NCBI GenBank assembly: GCA_965215185.1
Contig: OZ244034.1
Coordinates: forward strand, 2,176,001-2,240,000
DNA length: 64,000 nt
Reading direction: 5' to 3'
From: Acidimicrobiia bacterium
GTDB taxonomy: Bacteria > Actinomycetota > Acidimicrobiia > Spongiisociales > ZC4RG35
Part shown: piece by piece, positions 38,354 to 46,859 of the stretch
How positions within the stretch are numbered: the first letter of the stretch is position 1
Layout of the letters: every line of letters starts with the position of its first letter
Translations under genes and position numbers: made by a program
Notes under the pieces: generated by a model
Databases searched by the model: none
Seen by the model: the letters and a program-made list of their open reading frames with translations, nothing else
What the model was told of the DNA's origin: nothing

Positions 38354-39484
38354 CTATTCCGCTCTTCCCACCGCTCGGCGCACCGCGTCGAGATCGGCGT
38401 TGGCCCACCCCAAAGCCTCCAAGCGACGACCTTCCGCCCACAGGTCGCGCCCACACATGGCCGACACCACAGTCACCACTGAAGAGGTAACCGGCACGGG
38501 AACAGAAGCCATGGCCGCGGCTGAGCAGAGTGCCACCAGCGATCCCGCCGTCCCGTCCAATACCAGACCACTGAGCGTCTCCTTATCGGAGCCCGGTCTT
38601 GTATCACCAACCGGGGCAAGCGGGGTGCGCACCCCCCAGCGGGCGGCCACCGCCGCTCTTTCTTCCCCAAGCGCCCCCAGGAGGGATTCCATTTGCGGGG
38701 AAGGAACCGCCGGGTGGGGAAGGGGAGTGGCGCCGGGCAGTAGCTCTCTGGGTGTTTGGCGGGCGATAGGTCCGTCCAGTATCCCCGCGGGGACCACCGA
38801 CCAGGAACTCTCCGTAAGACTGGTGTGCAGCACGGTCGGCAAGAGTTTCATGGCCGGGAAGTAAGCGGCCAAAGACTCCCTCACGCCTTGGCCCCGGTCA
38901 GCCGGGTAGGCGGCCAAGGCTGCTTCCGAAGTGGATTCTGCCCATTGCAACCGCCCGGTTCCCACGGCCGCCACCGAAAACGGGCAGGCTTGCAACTCGA
39001 TCAGGGTTATCCCTTCAGATGCCCCGCCCGCCCTGAGCCACCAAGCCATCTCTAGAGCGCCGAAGGTTCGACCGGGTGAGATCGCCACCATCTGTCCCTC
39101 GTCCAGCAGTCCCGCCAACCGCATTCCCACCGCCCGCTGGTCGGTGAGCGACCCCACCACCACCACTAGATCCGCGCCAGCCACGGCTTGGTCGATCCAG
39201 GGAACGGGGCGGATGGCGTGTTCGGCATCGGGGTCCACCCGGTAGTTTCCCACCGGACCCCCGCCGCGTACCGAAATACCAGAGGTGGCCACCCGGGCGG
39301 CTTCCTCCCCTCTGGCCACCCACCAGCGAACCTGGGCGCCCCCGGCTAAGAATCCGGCCGCAAAAGCCCACGCCTGAAGACCTGATCCCAACACCGTCAC
39401 CTGGCCCCAGTGAGGGGCGGGAACCCGATGTTCGGAAGTAGATTCGCTCAGGGCGGCGACGACTGCCTCGAAGTCAGACAACAC
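38354..39484 (-). CDS. NAD/NADP octopine/nopaline (opine) dehydrogenase-like protein, divergent
   Basis: Rossmann-like VTVLGSG, then AVAGADLVVV, L..GQ...I.PG.TFGA, ER.AVA..WG, VPVP.T.SVV...S and D....GR.LE.LG. Confidence 0.7.
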   Translation of the reverse strand: MLSDFEAVVAALSESTSEHRVPAPHWGQVTVLGSGLQAWAFAAGFLAGGAQVRWWVARGEEAARVATSGISVRGGGPVGNYRVDPDAEHAIRPVPWIDQAVAGADLVVVVGSLTDQRAVGMRLAGLLDEGQMVAISPGRTFGALEMAWWLRAGGASEGITLIELQACPFSVAAVGTGRLQWAESTSEAALAAYPADRGQGVRESLAAYFPAMKLLPTVLHTSLTESSWSVVPAGILDGPIARQTPRELLPGATPLPHPAVPSPQMESLLGALGEERAAVAARWGVRTPLAPVGDTRPGSDKETLSGLVLDGTAGSLVALCSAAAMASVPVPVTSSVVTVVSAMCGRDLWAEGRRLEALGWANADLDAVRRAVGRAE

Positions 39485-39501
39485 TCAATTCCGATTGCAG
39501 T

Positions 39502-39786
39502 CTAGGACCTTCCGCCGAGTTGTGGGAGCATTTCGACCCCCGCATCGGGGCGGGCGATCACATGCACTGCGACTACTTCGCCAACCTTGTTGGCGGCGAC
39601 GGCTCCAGCATCGGTGGCGGCCTTGACCGCCCCTACTTCTCCTCGAACGAAGACCGTCACCAAGCCTCCTCCGATCTTTTCCAGTGCCACCAAATCGACA
39701 TTGGCCGATTTCAACATGGCGTCTGCGGCTTCCACCGAGGCAACCATGCCCCGGGTCTCGATCATGCCTAAAGCTATTTTGTCCAA
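39502..39786 (-). CDS. BMC hexameric shell protein (BMC-H, EutM/PduA/CcmK-like)
   Basis: Motif ALGMIETRG...[12 protein letters not shown]...[21 protein letters not shown]...HVIARP. AAGGAG RBS. Confidence 0.97.
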   Translation of the reverse strand: MDKIALGMIETRGMVASVEAADAMLKSANVDLVALEKIGGGLVTVFVRGEVGAVKAATDAGAVAANKVGEVVAVHVIARPDAGVEMLPQLGGRS

Positions 39787-39850
39787 GGTCTCTCTCCTTA
39801 GTGTTTGGCTATTGGCGGGACCCTTTCGGGTCCCGGTTTCGGTCTTTCAT

Positions 39851-40111
39851 TTACTTGGGAATCTGCACTTCGTCAACAATCATCACCGCCGCCGCGTCAG
39901 TGGGAAGACCCCGAAGCGACACAGCCTGACGGGCCGCTGAGCCCTCCGCGACCAAAACCAACTCCCCGACCCCGGCCCCCACCGCGTCGGCCACCACAGT
40001 GTCTTTTCCGCCCTCCTCGTCAATCGGCGCCACCAGCAGCAGGGTCACTCCCTGTAGCCCGGGATCTTTGATGGTCCCGGTCACCTTCCCTCTGACCCTG
40101 CACAGGCGCAT
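39851..40111 (-). CDS. BMC pentameric vertex protein (BMC-P, EutN/CcmL)
   Basis: Motif M.L.RV.G.V..T.K...L.G..LLLV...VAD.VGAG.GE.VLV..GSAAR...PTDA....IVD. Confidence 0.97.
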   Translation of the reverse strand: MRLCRVRGKVTGTIKDPGLQGVTLLLVAPIDEEGGKDTVVADAVGAGVGELVLVAEGSAARQAVSLRGLPTDAAAVMIVDEVQIPK

Positions 40112-40114
40112 GGC

Positions 40115-41428
40115 TCAGAATGCTTCCAGATAACGGTCCCGCTCCAACTGCGTAACCGTGTCGCGCCACCCATCCGGATCCGACTCCACCATGAAGTTGT
40201 GCTCACGCTCGGCCTGCTGGGCAAGGGTGAGGCGCAGCTCCTCGGAAAGAACCTCGGCAATCAACTCGGATTTGGAGAACAACTCCAAAGCGGTAGGAAT
40301 GTCGGTGGGAAGAGCCTGGTGACGAGAGGCGGCATAACCGTCGCTCACCTCTTTATCGGTGGGCTGGGCGCCGGTGGCCATGCCCTTCAAACCCGACGCC
40401 AACTGCACGGCGGTCAAAAGGTAAGGGTTGGCGTCCGAGGAACCGTCCCGCTGCTCGATGCGCACCGCCGAGTCGCTGCCCCCCTCAATCACCCTCAATC
40501 CCACCGTGCGGTTGTCCCCGCCCCAGGCGTTGCTGGTTGGACAGAAGGTGTACCCCTGACGACGTTTCATGGAGTTAGGGGTGGGGGCGGAAATCAACGC
40601 CGTCTCCGCCATGTGCTGCTGCAGCCCTCCCAGATAGGAACGTCCCAGCGCCGAGAGACGGCCCCCGTCGGCAAAGACGTTCTTTCCGTCTTTCCACAAT
40701 GACTGGTGGAGATGGAAACTGTTGCCGGACTCCCCGAAGAAGGGCTTCGCCATGAATGAGGCCAGCATTCCGTGGTTATAGGCGATCTCTTTGACCGAGT
40801 TTCGGAACAACATGGCGTTGTCGGCCGAGGTGAGGGCTTCCCCGTAGCGGAGGTTTATCTCGATCTGCCCGGGGGCGTATTCGGGATTGGACATCTCCAC
40901 TTGGATACCCATTTCGCTGCAGAGATTGCGGATCGGCCCCACCACATGCTCGAACATCGCTCCCCGCGCCAACCCGTATACAGAGATTCCCGAGTCCACC
41001 AGCTGCTTGGTCTCCAGATCAAGCAGGTAGAACTCGAACTCCACTCCGGTCTTTACCTCGTAACCCTGGTCCGCGGCCTTGGTGACCTGCTCCACCAACA
41101 CATTGCGGGGATCGCAGCATACTGGGCTGCCGTCTATCTCCTCCGCACGTCCCAACACCAGCACCACCCCCTCCTCCCAGGGAACCGGCCTCATGGTTTC
41201 CAGCATCGGAATGATGTGGACATCGGCGTAGCCGTTCGCAAAATTCGCATAGGGGGTATCCCAGATGTCGTTAGTCACGTCCATCTGAAAAATGGCGTTG
41301 CACATTCCAACGCCATGCTTGAATTCTTCCCAAACCCCAGCCTGAACCCGCTTGCCCCGGGCGATGGCGTTCAAGTCCCCTAGTGCCAAAACTACCGTGT
41401 GAGTGCCTTCCGGCAACGACTGCGCCAC
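40115..41428 (-). CDS. Glutamine synthetase-family gamma-glutamyl-amine ligase (PuuA/GlnA-like)
   Basis: Motifs D.N...RGK, DPRNVL, E.EFYL, EYAPGQ.EIN, FMAKP, H.HQSLW, NS.KR, WG.DNRT..LR, RIE.R and ANPYL. Confidence 0.9.
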   Translation of the reverse strand: MAQSLPEGTHTVVLALGDLNAIARGKRVQAGVWEEFKHGVGMCNAIFQMDVTNDIWDTPYANFANGYADVHIIPMLETMRPVPWEEGVVLVLGRAEEIDGSPVCCDPRNVLVEQVTKAADQGYEVKTGVEFEFYLLDLETKQLVDSGISVYGLARGAMFEHVVGPIRNLCSEMGIQVEMSNPEYAPGQIEINLRYGEALTSADNAMLFRNSVKEIAYNHGMLASFMAKPFFGESGNSFHLHQSLWKDGKNVFADGGRLSALGRSYLGGLQQHMAETALISAPTPNSMKRRQGYTFCPTSNAWGGDNRTVGLRVIEGGSDSAVRIEQRDGSSDANPYLLTAVQLASGLKGMATGAQPTDKEVSDGYAASRHQALPTDIPTALELFSKSELIAEVLSEELRLTLAQQAEREHNFMVESDPDGWRDTVTQLERDRYLEAF

Positions 41429-41527
41429 GGGATTCTCCTCTCTGTACCGTACTCTGATTCTTGTGGTCGGCTTAGCTGCTTTGCCCTTACTCCTAGCAGA
41501 AGCGGCGGTATAACATCATAGTGGAAG

Positions 41528-42700
41528 ATGTCCCGATCCCGGGTTGGAGGAACAACTTTGAGTAGAGCCAGGGAGGCAGTGGTGGTAGGCGCGGGGATCG
41601 CCGGTGCCATGACCGCCCTGCATCTGCGCCGCGCCGGGCTTTCGGTGCGTCTGGTCGACGCGTGGGATCCCGGCCATGCCCGAGCCGCTTCCGCCGGGAC
41701 CCATCGGCTGATTCGCTCCACCCATGGAACCGATGAGTTGTACACCCTGTGGAGTCGGGAAGCCCGCTTGCGTTGGATGGAGCTGTCTCAACACGTCGGC
41801 CGGCGTTTCTACTACGAATCGGGAGTGGTGATCCTGGCCGCGGAGGGGCACTCGAAATGGGAGGACGCCACCCAGGTCACCCTATCGAAACTGGGGATAC
41901 CCTTTTTCGTCGTTCCCCCCCGAGAGCTTCCCACCCGGCTGCCGGTGGTCAACCCACGGGGGATAGCCTATGGGTTGTGGGAGCCCGAGGCAGGCTTCAT
42001 CCTCTCCAGAGACGCCCTGGTAGCGACGGTGCAGTTGTTTTGCGCCGAGGGCGGGGAGTTGGTCCGAGGCAGGGCGCAGACCAATGAGAACGAATGGCCG
42101 ACCCTCAATGGAAAGCCCATCCGGGCCGACCTGGTGGTTATGGCATGTGGGGCTTGGATGGGCAGCCTTTTCCCCCGCACCCTGGGCAGGATCCTGTCGA
42201 TCGTCCGCCAGGATGTAATCCTCGTCTCCCCACCGGTTGGTGACACCCGCTACGACTGGGAGAACATGCCGGGCTGGATAGATCACGGCTATCCCGCCTA
42301 TGGCGTGCCTGCCGTGAATGGCCACGGCTTCAAGGCGGCTTTTGCCTGGCATCACGGCATGATGGACATCGACCGCTCCGATCGAGTCACCGATCCCTCC
42401 ACCGTGGCGCGCTGTCGTCGCTATCTGGCCACTCGCTTTCCGGAGTTAGCGGATTCGGTGATAACCGACCAGAAGGTATGCCAGATAGTCAACACCCCCG
42501 ACCGCCACTTCATCATCGACCGCCATCCCGACCATGAGAATCTGGTGCTGGTCACGGGAGGATCGGGACATCTCTACAAGCACGGGCCGGTGTTGGGAGA
42601 ATTCGTAGCGGACTTTTCCTTGGGTCGGCATGGAACCAACCAGCGTTTTCGCCTAGACCGCCCTCGCACCGCTTCATCAGCCATTGACGATCCCCAGTAA
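41528..42700 (+). CDS. FAD-dependent oxidoreductase, monomeric sarcosine oxidase / SolA family
   Basis: Motifs VVGAGIAG, S.G.HRLIR, GAW, C...NTPDRHFIID.HP and GGSGH.YK.GPV.GE. Confidence 0.88.
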   Translation: MSRSRVGGTTLSRAREAVVVGAGIAGAMTALHLRRAGLSVRLVDAWDPGHARAASAGTHRLIRSTHGTDELYTLWSREARLRWMELSQHVGRRFYYESGVVILAAEGHSKWEDATQVTLSKLGIPFFVVPPRELPTRLPVVNPRGIAYGLWEPEAGFILSRDALVATVQLFCAEGGELVRGRAQTNENEWPTLNGKPIRADLVVMACGAWMGSLFPRTLGRILSIVRQDVILVSPPVGDTRYDWENMPGWIDHGYPAYGVPAVNGHGFKAAFAWHHGMMDIDRSDRVTDPSTVARCRRYLATRFPELADSVITDQKVCQIVNTPDRHFIIDRHPDHENLVLVTGGSGHLYKHGPVLGEFVADFSLGRHGTNQRFRLDRPRTASSAIDDPQ

Positions 42701-42903
42701 CGCCGCCGGCCTTGGAAAGTGTGTTGACCGGCCAGTGTCACAGCCTGGGTTTAGAGTTGGATTTGTGAAAAAAATTCCTCATATCAACAAAAAACCTCCT
42801 AAACCGTGAAAAAGCGGAAAGCACCTGCTAGATGGGGAATCGCACCTTTAGAACGCGAAAACCTCGACTAGATCGCTAAAAACCACTCTTTACCTTTTCG
42901 TAA

Positions 42904-42943
42904 TAGACCAGTCCTCCCACCAGTAGACCAGTCCTCCCACCAG
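42904..42943 (+). repeat. Perfect 20-bp tandem direct repeat in the dnaB leader
   Basis: TAGACCAGTCCTCCCACCAG twice. Confidence 0.85.
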
Positions 42944-42969
42944 TCCCCCGCTACCAGAAGGCCTCCGGC

Positions 42970-44409
42970 ATGGCGTATGACCGATTTCAGGACGGCGAAT
43001 TCCTAGATCAGGCTCCCCCTGAGCAGGAACGCGTACGGGTGGGGAGGGTGCCTCCTCACTCCCGGGAAGCCGAGCAGTCGGTGTTGGGCGCCATTCTGCT
43101 GAGCAGAACCGCCACCAACGAGGTGATGGAACGATTGGAAGCCGACGACTTCTACGAGCCAATCCACGGGTTGGTGTTCGAAGCTGCCCGTCGGCTTTAC
43201 GATGAGAGTCGGGCCATCGACGTCCTCACCCTCGCCGAGGAACTACGCCGTACCAACTCCCTGGAGAAGATCGGAGGGCATGAGCGACTGGCGGATCTGA
43301 GCCAAAGGGTCCCCAACATCACCCACGTCGACCGGTATGCCGCAATAGTGGCGGAGCACGCCCAACGCAGGCGCCTGATAGAGGTCAGTCATCGGGTAAC
43401 GGATCTGGCCATGAATCTCGATCAGAACACTGATGCTGTGATCGATCAGGCCGAGCGGATGATGCTGGAAGTGAACGACGAGTCGGCGGATGACGGACTC
43501 CAACCGGTCAGCAGTCTTTTGAGAAGCGTCTTCGAAACCATCGAGCGGCAAGGAGACCAATTCCCCGGCCTCCCCACCGGGCTAACCGATCTCGACGAGA
43601 TGCTGATGGGCCTCAAGCCGGGAACATTTATGGTGGTGGCGGGACGGCCTTCGATGGGCAAGTCGGCCCTTGCTCAAACCCTGGCTTCCAACACCGCTCA
43701 AGACGGCGGGGTGGTCGCTCTGTTTTCTCTGGAAATGTCCAAGGAGGAGGTGCTCACTCGCCTGCTGTCCATGGTGGGGGAAGTCAACTCCAGCCGTATC
43801 CGTTCAGGAGTGGCCAACAACCAACAACTTTGGGACAGACTGTTGGACGCGGGTGGCAAGATTCACGAATGGAAGCTGTACGTGGACGACTCCCCGGAGC
43901 CGACCATAACTGAGATCCGGGCGAAATGCCGCAGGTTGCGCCATGAGGAGGGCCTCGACCTGGTAATACTGGACTACCTGCAGTTGATGCCCTCTTCAAG
44001 CGGCCCCTCTTCACGCAACTCCGATAACCGGCAACAAGAAATCGCTGATGTTTCGCGCTCTTTGAAAGGTCTGGCCAGGGAATTGGAGGTTCCGGTGATC
44101 GGCGTATCTCAGCTCAATCGGGCGGTTGAGCTTCGCAGGGACAAGAAACCCATGCTTTCGGACCTCCGTGAATCCGGAGCCATCGAACAGGACGCCGACA
44201 TCGTGCTGTTGCTCTACCGGGCGGATTACTACGAAAACACGGACAAGAAAGAGGCAGAGAACCCCGCCACCAAGAACCTGGCCGAGATCCACATAGCCAA
44301 GAACCGCTCCGGGCCGACCGGAACAGTGCGAACCACCTTCGCCAAAGAATTCACCCTCTTCCGCAATTACACAGGGGCCCCCGCACCCAACCGAGACGCG
44401 ACGTACTGA
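42970..44409 (+). CDS. dnaB: Replicative DNA helicase
   Basis: Motifs PPHS.EAEQSVLG, AGRPSMGKS, FSLEM, DYLQL, SQLNR, SDLRESGAIEQDAD and AKNRSGPTG. Confidence 0.97.
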   Translation: MAYDRFQDGEFLDQAPPEQERVRVGRVPPHSREAEQSVLGAILLSRTATNEVMERLEADDFYEPIHGLVFEAARRLYDESRAIDVLTLAEELRRTNSLEKIGGHERLADLSQRVPNITHVDRYAAIVAEHAQRRRLIEVSHRVTDLAMNLDQNTDAVIDQAERMMLEVNDESADDGLQPVSSLLRSVFETIERQGDQFPGLPTGLTDLDEMLMGLKPGTFMVVAGRPSMGKSALAQTLASNTAQDGGVVALFSLEMSKEEVLTRLLSMVGEVNSSRIRSGVANNQQLWDRLLDAGGKIHEWKLYVDDSPEPTITEIRAKCRRLRHEEGLDLVILDYLQLMPSSSGPSSRNSDNRQQEIADVSRSLKGLARELEVPVIGVSQLNRAVELRRDKKPMLSDLRESGAIEQDADIVLLLYRADYYENTDKKEAENPATKNLAEIHIAKNRSGPTGTVRTTFAKEFTLFRNYTGAPAPNRDATY

Positions 44410-44524
44410 CCCATCCGGTGGGCGCTGCTTCCACCGTGCCCACTTGGTCAGAGCCAAGAACGGCTCCCTGTATTTCGGGACCTCCTCGGTAGAAGCCGCA
44501 GGCAAATACCAGCCCGGCTCGGTT

Positions 44525-46801
44525 TCAACCCGCCGTGGTCGGGGTCGTCTCCTCGGGAGTCTCGGGAGTGGTGTCCTCCGTGGTATCGGTCTCAGGCGCC
44601 TCGGTGGTCGGGGTAGCGTCCCCGGTTCCTGTCTCAGGCGCCTCGGTAGTGGGGGTAGTGTCCTCCGGACCCTGGGACACCACTACCACCACTTCACTAC
44701 CGGCATCCACCCCCTCACCCGGACCGGGTTCGGTCCTGATCACCCCACCCGCCGGCACCGTCTCAGACGCCTCGGTGGTCTCCACCCACCCCAGTCCGGC
44801 ATCCCCCAGAACCACAAACGCCTCACTGCTGGTCAAACCAACCACATCCGGAACAACCACCGCTCCCAATCCTTCGGAGATGACAACAACAATTTCACTA
44901 CCGGCATCCACCCTCCCACCCCTTCCAGGTTCGGTCCTGATCACCCCACCGGTCAGGACCGTGTCGGACACCTCGGTGGTCTCCACCCACCTCAAGCCGG
45001 ACTGAGCCAGGATGACCAGTGCTTCGCTGCTGGGCAAACCCACAACATCCGGAACAACCACCGCTCCCGAATCCACCTCTGTCTGCGACCCTCCCGAAAT
45101 CACTACCACCACCCGGTCGGTGGGCGCGATGCCTCCCCCAGCGCCCGGTTCGGTCCTCATCACCTGACCCACCACCACGGTGTCAGACTCTTCGATGGTT
45201 TCCACCCATCTCAGACCGGACTGCGCCAAGATCGAGAGGGCTTCGCTGCTGGGTAGACCCACAACATCCGGAATCACCTGCAGCCCGGGACCGGTGGCCA
45301 CCACCAAGTCGATCCGGGTTCCGGTCGGCAGGAGCGGCCCCGGCAAAGGGTCCTGATCGACGACGGTTCCCACCTGTCGGCCACTGTCCTCTACAAACTC
45401 AACACTGCCCACCAAAAAACCCTGGGCCAGTATGAGATTCTCGGCGGTGCCTTGCGTCTGCCCAATTACCAGAGGAATATCGAACTTCTCCAAACCGCTG
45501 GAGACCACCACTTCCACCTCGGTACGAGTTTCCACCCGTTCCCCGGCAGGCGGATTGATGGCGATTACTCTCCCTTCGGGCATCTCCTGGCTGCTTTGAC
45601 GGACTACCCGCACAATGAGCTCCGACTCCTGGATGGAGGCGAAGGCATCGGTCTCCCACCTTCCCACCACATCGGGGATGGCTACCACCACTGCTCCGGG
45701 CTGTGGGGTAGGCGCTTGCAGCAAATTCCATACCACCCAACTCAATCCGGCCAAGGCCGCCAAGAGCACCAACACTCCCATTACAAAAGGCAAGGGGACC
45801 GAGCGATGCTCCGCCATATGCGGGTAGTAGCGTTGGGGAAGGATCCGTCCTCCCGGGGAAGCTCCTCTGGAAACCCGAGATGGCGGAACCGGATGCCTCA
45901 CCACCACTTGGCTTTGTGCGGAGGCCGGAGCCGGCGGGGATGGTTGATCCGTAATGGCGCGGGGCACCATCTCTCCCCTCAGCCATGCCTCCAAATCCTG
46001 GAGGAAGGGTTCGGTGTCCTGATAGCGGCCATCGGGATCTTTGACCAGCGCCCGCAACACGATGGCGTCCAATTCGGGGGGCACATCGGGGTTTCGGGAA
46101 GAAGGGGGTGGGACTGCGGTGGAGACATGCTGATAGGCCACCGCCATAGCGGTCTCTCCCTGGAAAGGGGGTCGGCCTACCAGCATCTCGTACAACACCA
46201 CCCCCAGGGAATAGATGTCAGATCGCAGGTCAGCCGACCGGCCCTGCGCTTGCTCGGGGCTGAAATAAGTGGCGGTTCCGATGACCGAACCGGTCTGGGT
46301 AAGTTCTGTGGAGTGATTCCAGGCTCGGGCGATACCGAAGTCGGCCACCTTAACCGATCCATCGGGAGTGAGCATGATGTTTCCCGGTTTCACATCCCTA
46401 TGGATCACTCCCAAGCGGTGGGCGATGGCCAGAGCCAAGACCACTTGGCGGACTATCTCCACCGCCCGCCGGGGGGGCAAAGACCTTCCCTCACCGGTTA
46501 TGTCGCGCAGGCAATCGCCTTCCACCAACTCCATAACCATGAAGTAGGCTCCCTCGGCCTCTCCCCAGTCATAAATACCCACGATGTTGGGATGGTTGAG
46601 ATTGGCGGCAGATTGCGCCTCACGGCGAAACCGTCTCACAAATGACTCGTCGTCGCTGTGCGATCTGGGAAGAAGCTTCACGGCCACCCTTCTCCCCAAG
46701 GCAAGATCGACCGCCAGATACACATCAGACATACCCCCTCTAGCCAAATGGCTTACCAATCGGTAACGATCGGCCAGGGTGTAAGGGAGTTCCATCTCCA
46801 T
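44525..46801 (-). CDS. pknB: PASTA-domain Ser/Thr protein kinase
   Basis: Motifs GGM..VY, RFRREAQSAA.LNHPNIV, HRDVKP.N, DFGIA and SPEQA. One TM helix, five PASTA repeats and a Thr/Pro/Glu tail. Confidence 0.95.
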   Translation of the reverse strand: MEMELPYTLADRYRLVSHLARGGMSDVYLAVDLALGRRVAVKLLPRSHSDDESFVRRFRREAQSAANLNHPNIVGIYDWGEAEGAYFMVMELVEGDCLRDITGEGRSLPPRRAVEIVRQVVLALAIAHRLGVIHRDVKPGNIMLTPDGSVKVADFGIARAWNHSTELTQTGSVIGTATYFSPEQAQGRSADLRSDIYSLGVVLYEMLVGRPPFQGETAMAVAYQHVSTAVPPPSSRNPDVPPELDAIVLRALVKDPDGRYQDTEPFLQDLEAWLRGEMVPRAITDQPSPPAPASAQSQVVVRHPVPPSRVSRGASPGGRILPQRYYPHMAEHRSVPLPFVMGVLVLLAALAGLSWVVWNLLQAPTPQPGAVVVAIPDVVGRWETDAFASIQESELIVRVVRQSSQEMPEGRVIAINPPAGERVETRTEVEVVVSSGLEKFDIPLVIGQTQGTAENLILAQGFLVGSVEFVEDSGRQVGTVVDQDPLPGPLLPTGTRIDLVVATGPGLQVIPDVVGLPSSEALSILAQSGLRWVETIEESDTVVVGQVMRTEPGAGGGIAPTDRVVVVISGGSQTEVDSGAVVVPDVVGLPSSEALVILAQSGLRWVETTEVSDTVLTGGVIRTEPGRGGRVDAGSEIVVVISEGLGAVVVPDVVGLTSSEAFVVLGDAGLGWVETTEASETVPAGGVIRTEPGPGEGVDAGSEVVVVVSQGPEDTTPTTEAPETGTGDATPTTEAPETDTTEDTTPETPEETTPTTAG

Positions 46802-46859
46802 GAACGATGATAGAAAACCCATGGGTGCTAGTTGCCGCTCTTCAGAGCCAGCCTTTCGA

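Noticed and set aside
36346-40111. Carboxysome or classical Eut/Pdu assignment for the shell genes
   Set aside because: No RuBisCO, carbonic anhydrase, ethanolamine ammonia-lyase, diol dehydratase or glycyl radical enzyme is in the window.
42970-44409. Intein in DnaB
   Set aside because: The 479-aa length is normal and the motifs are contiguous.
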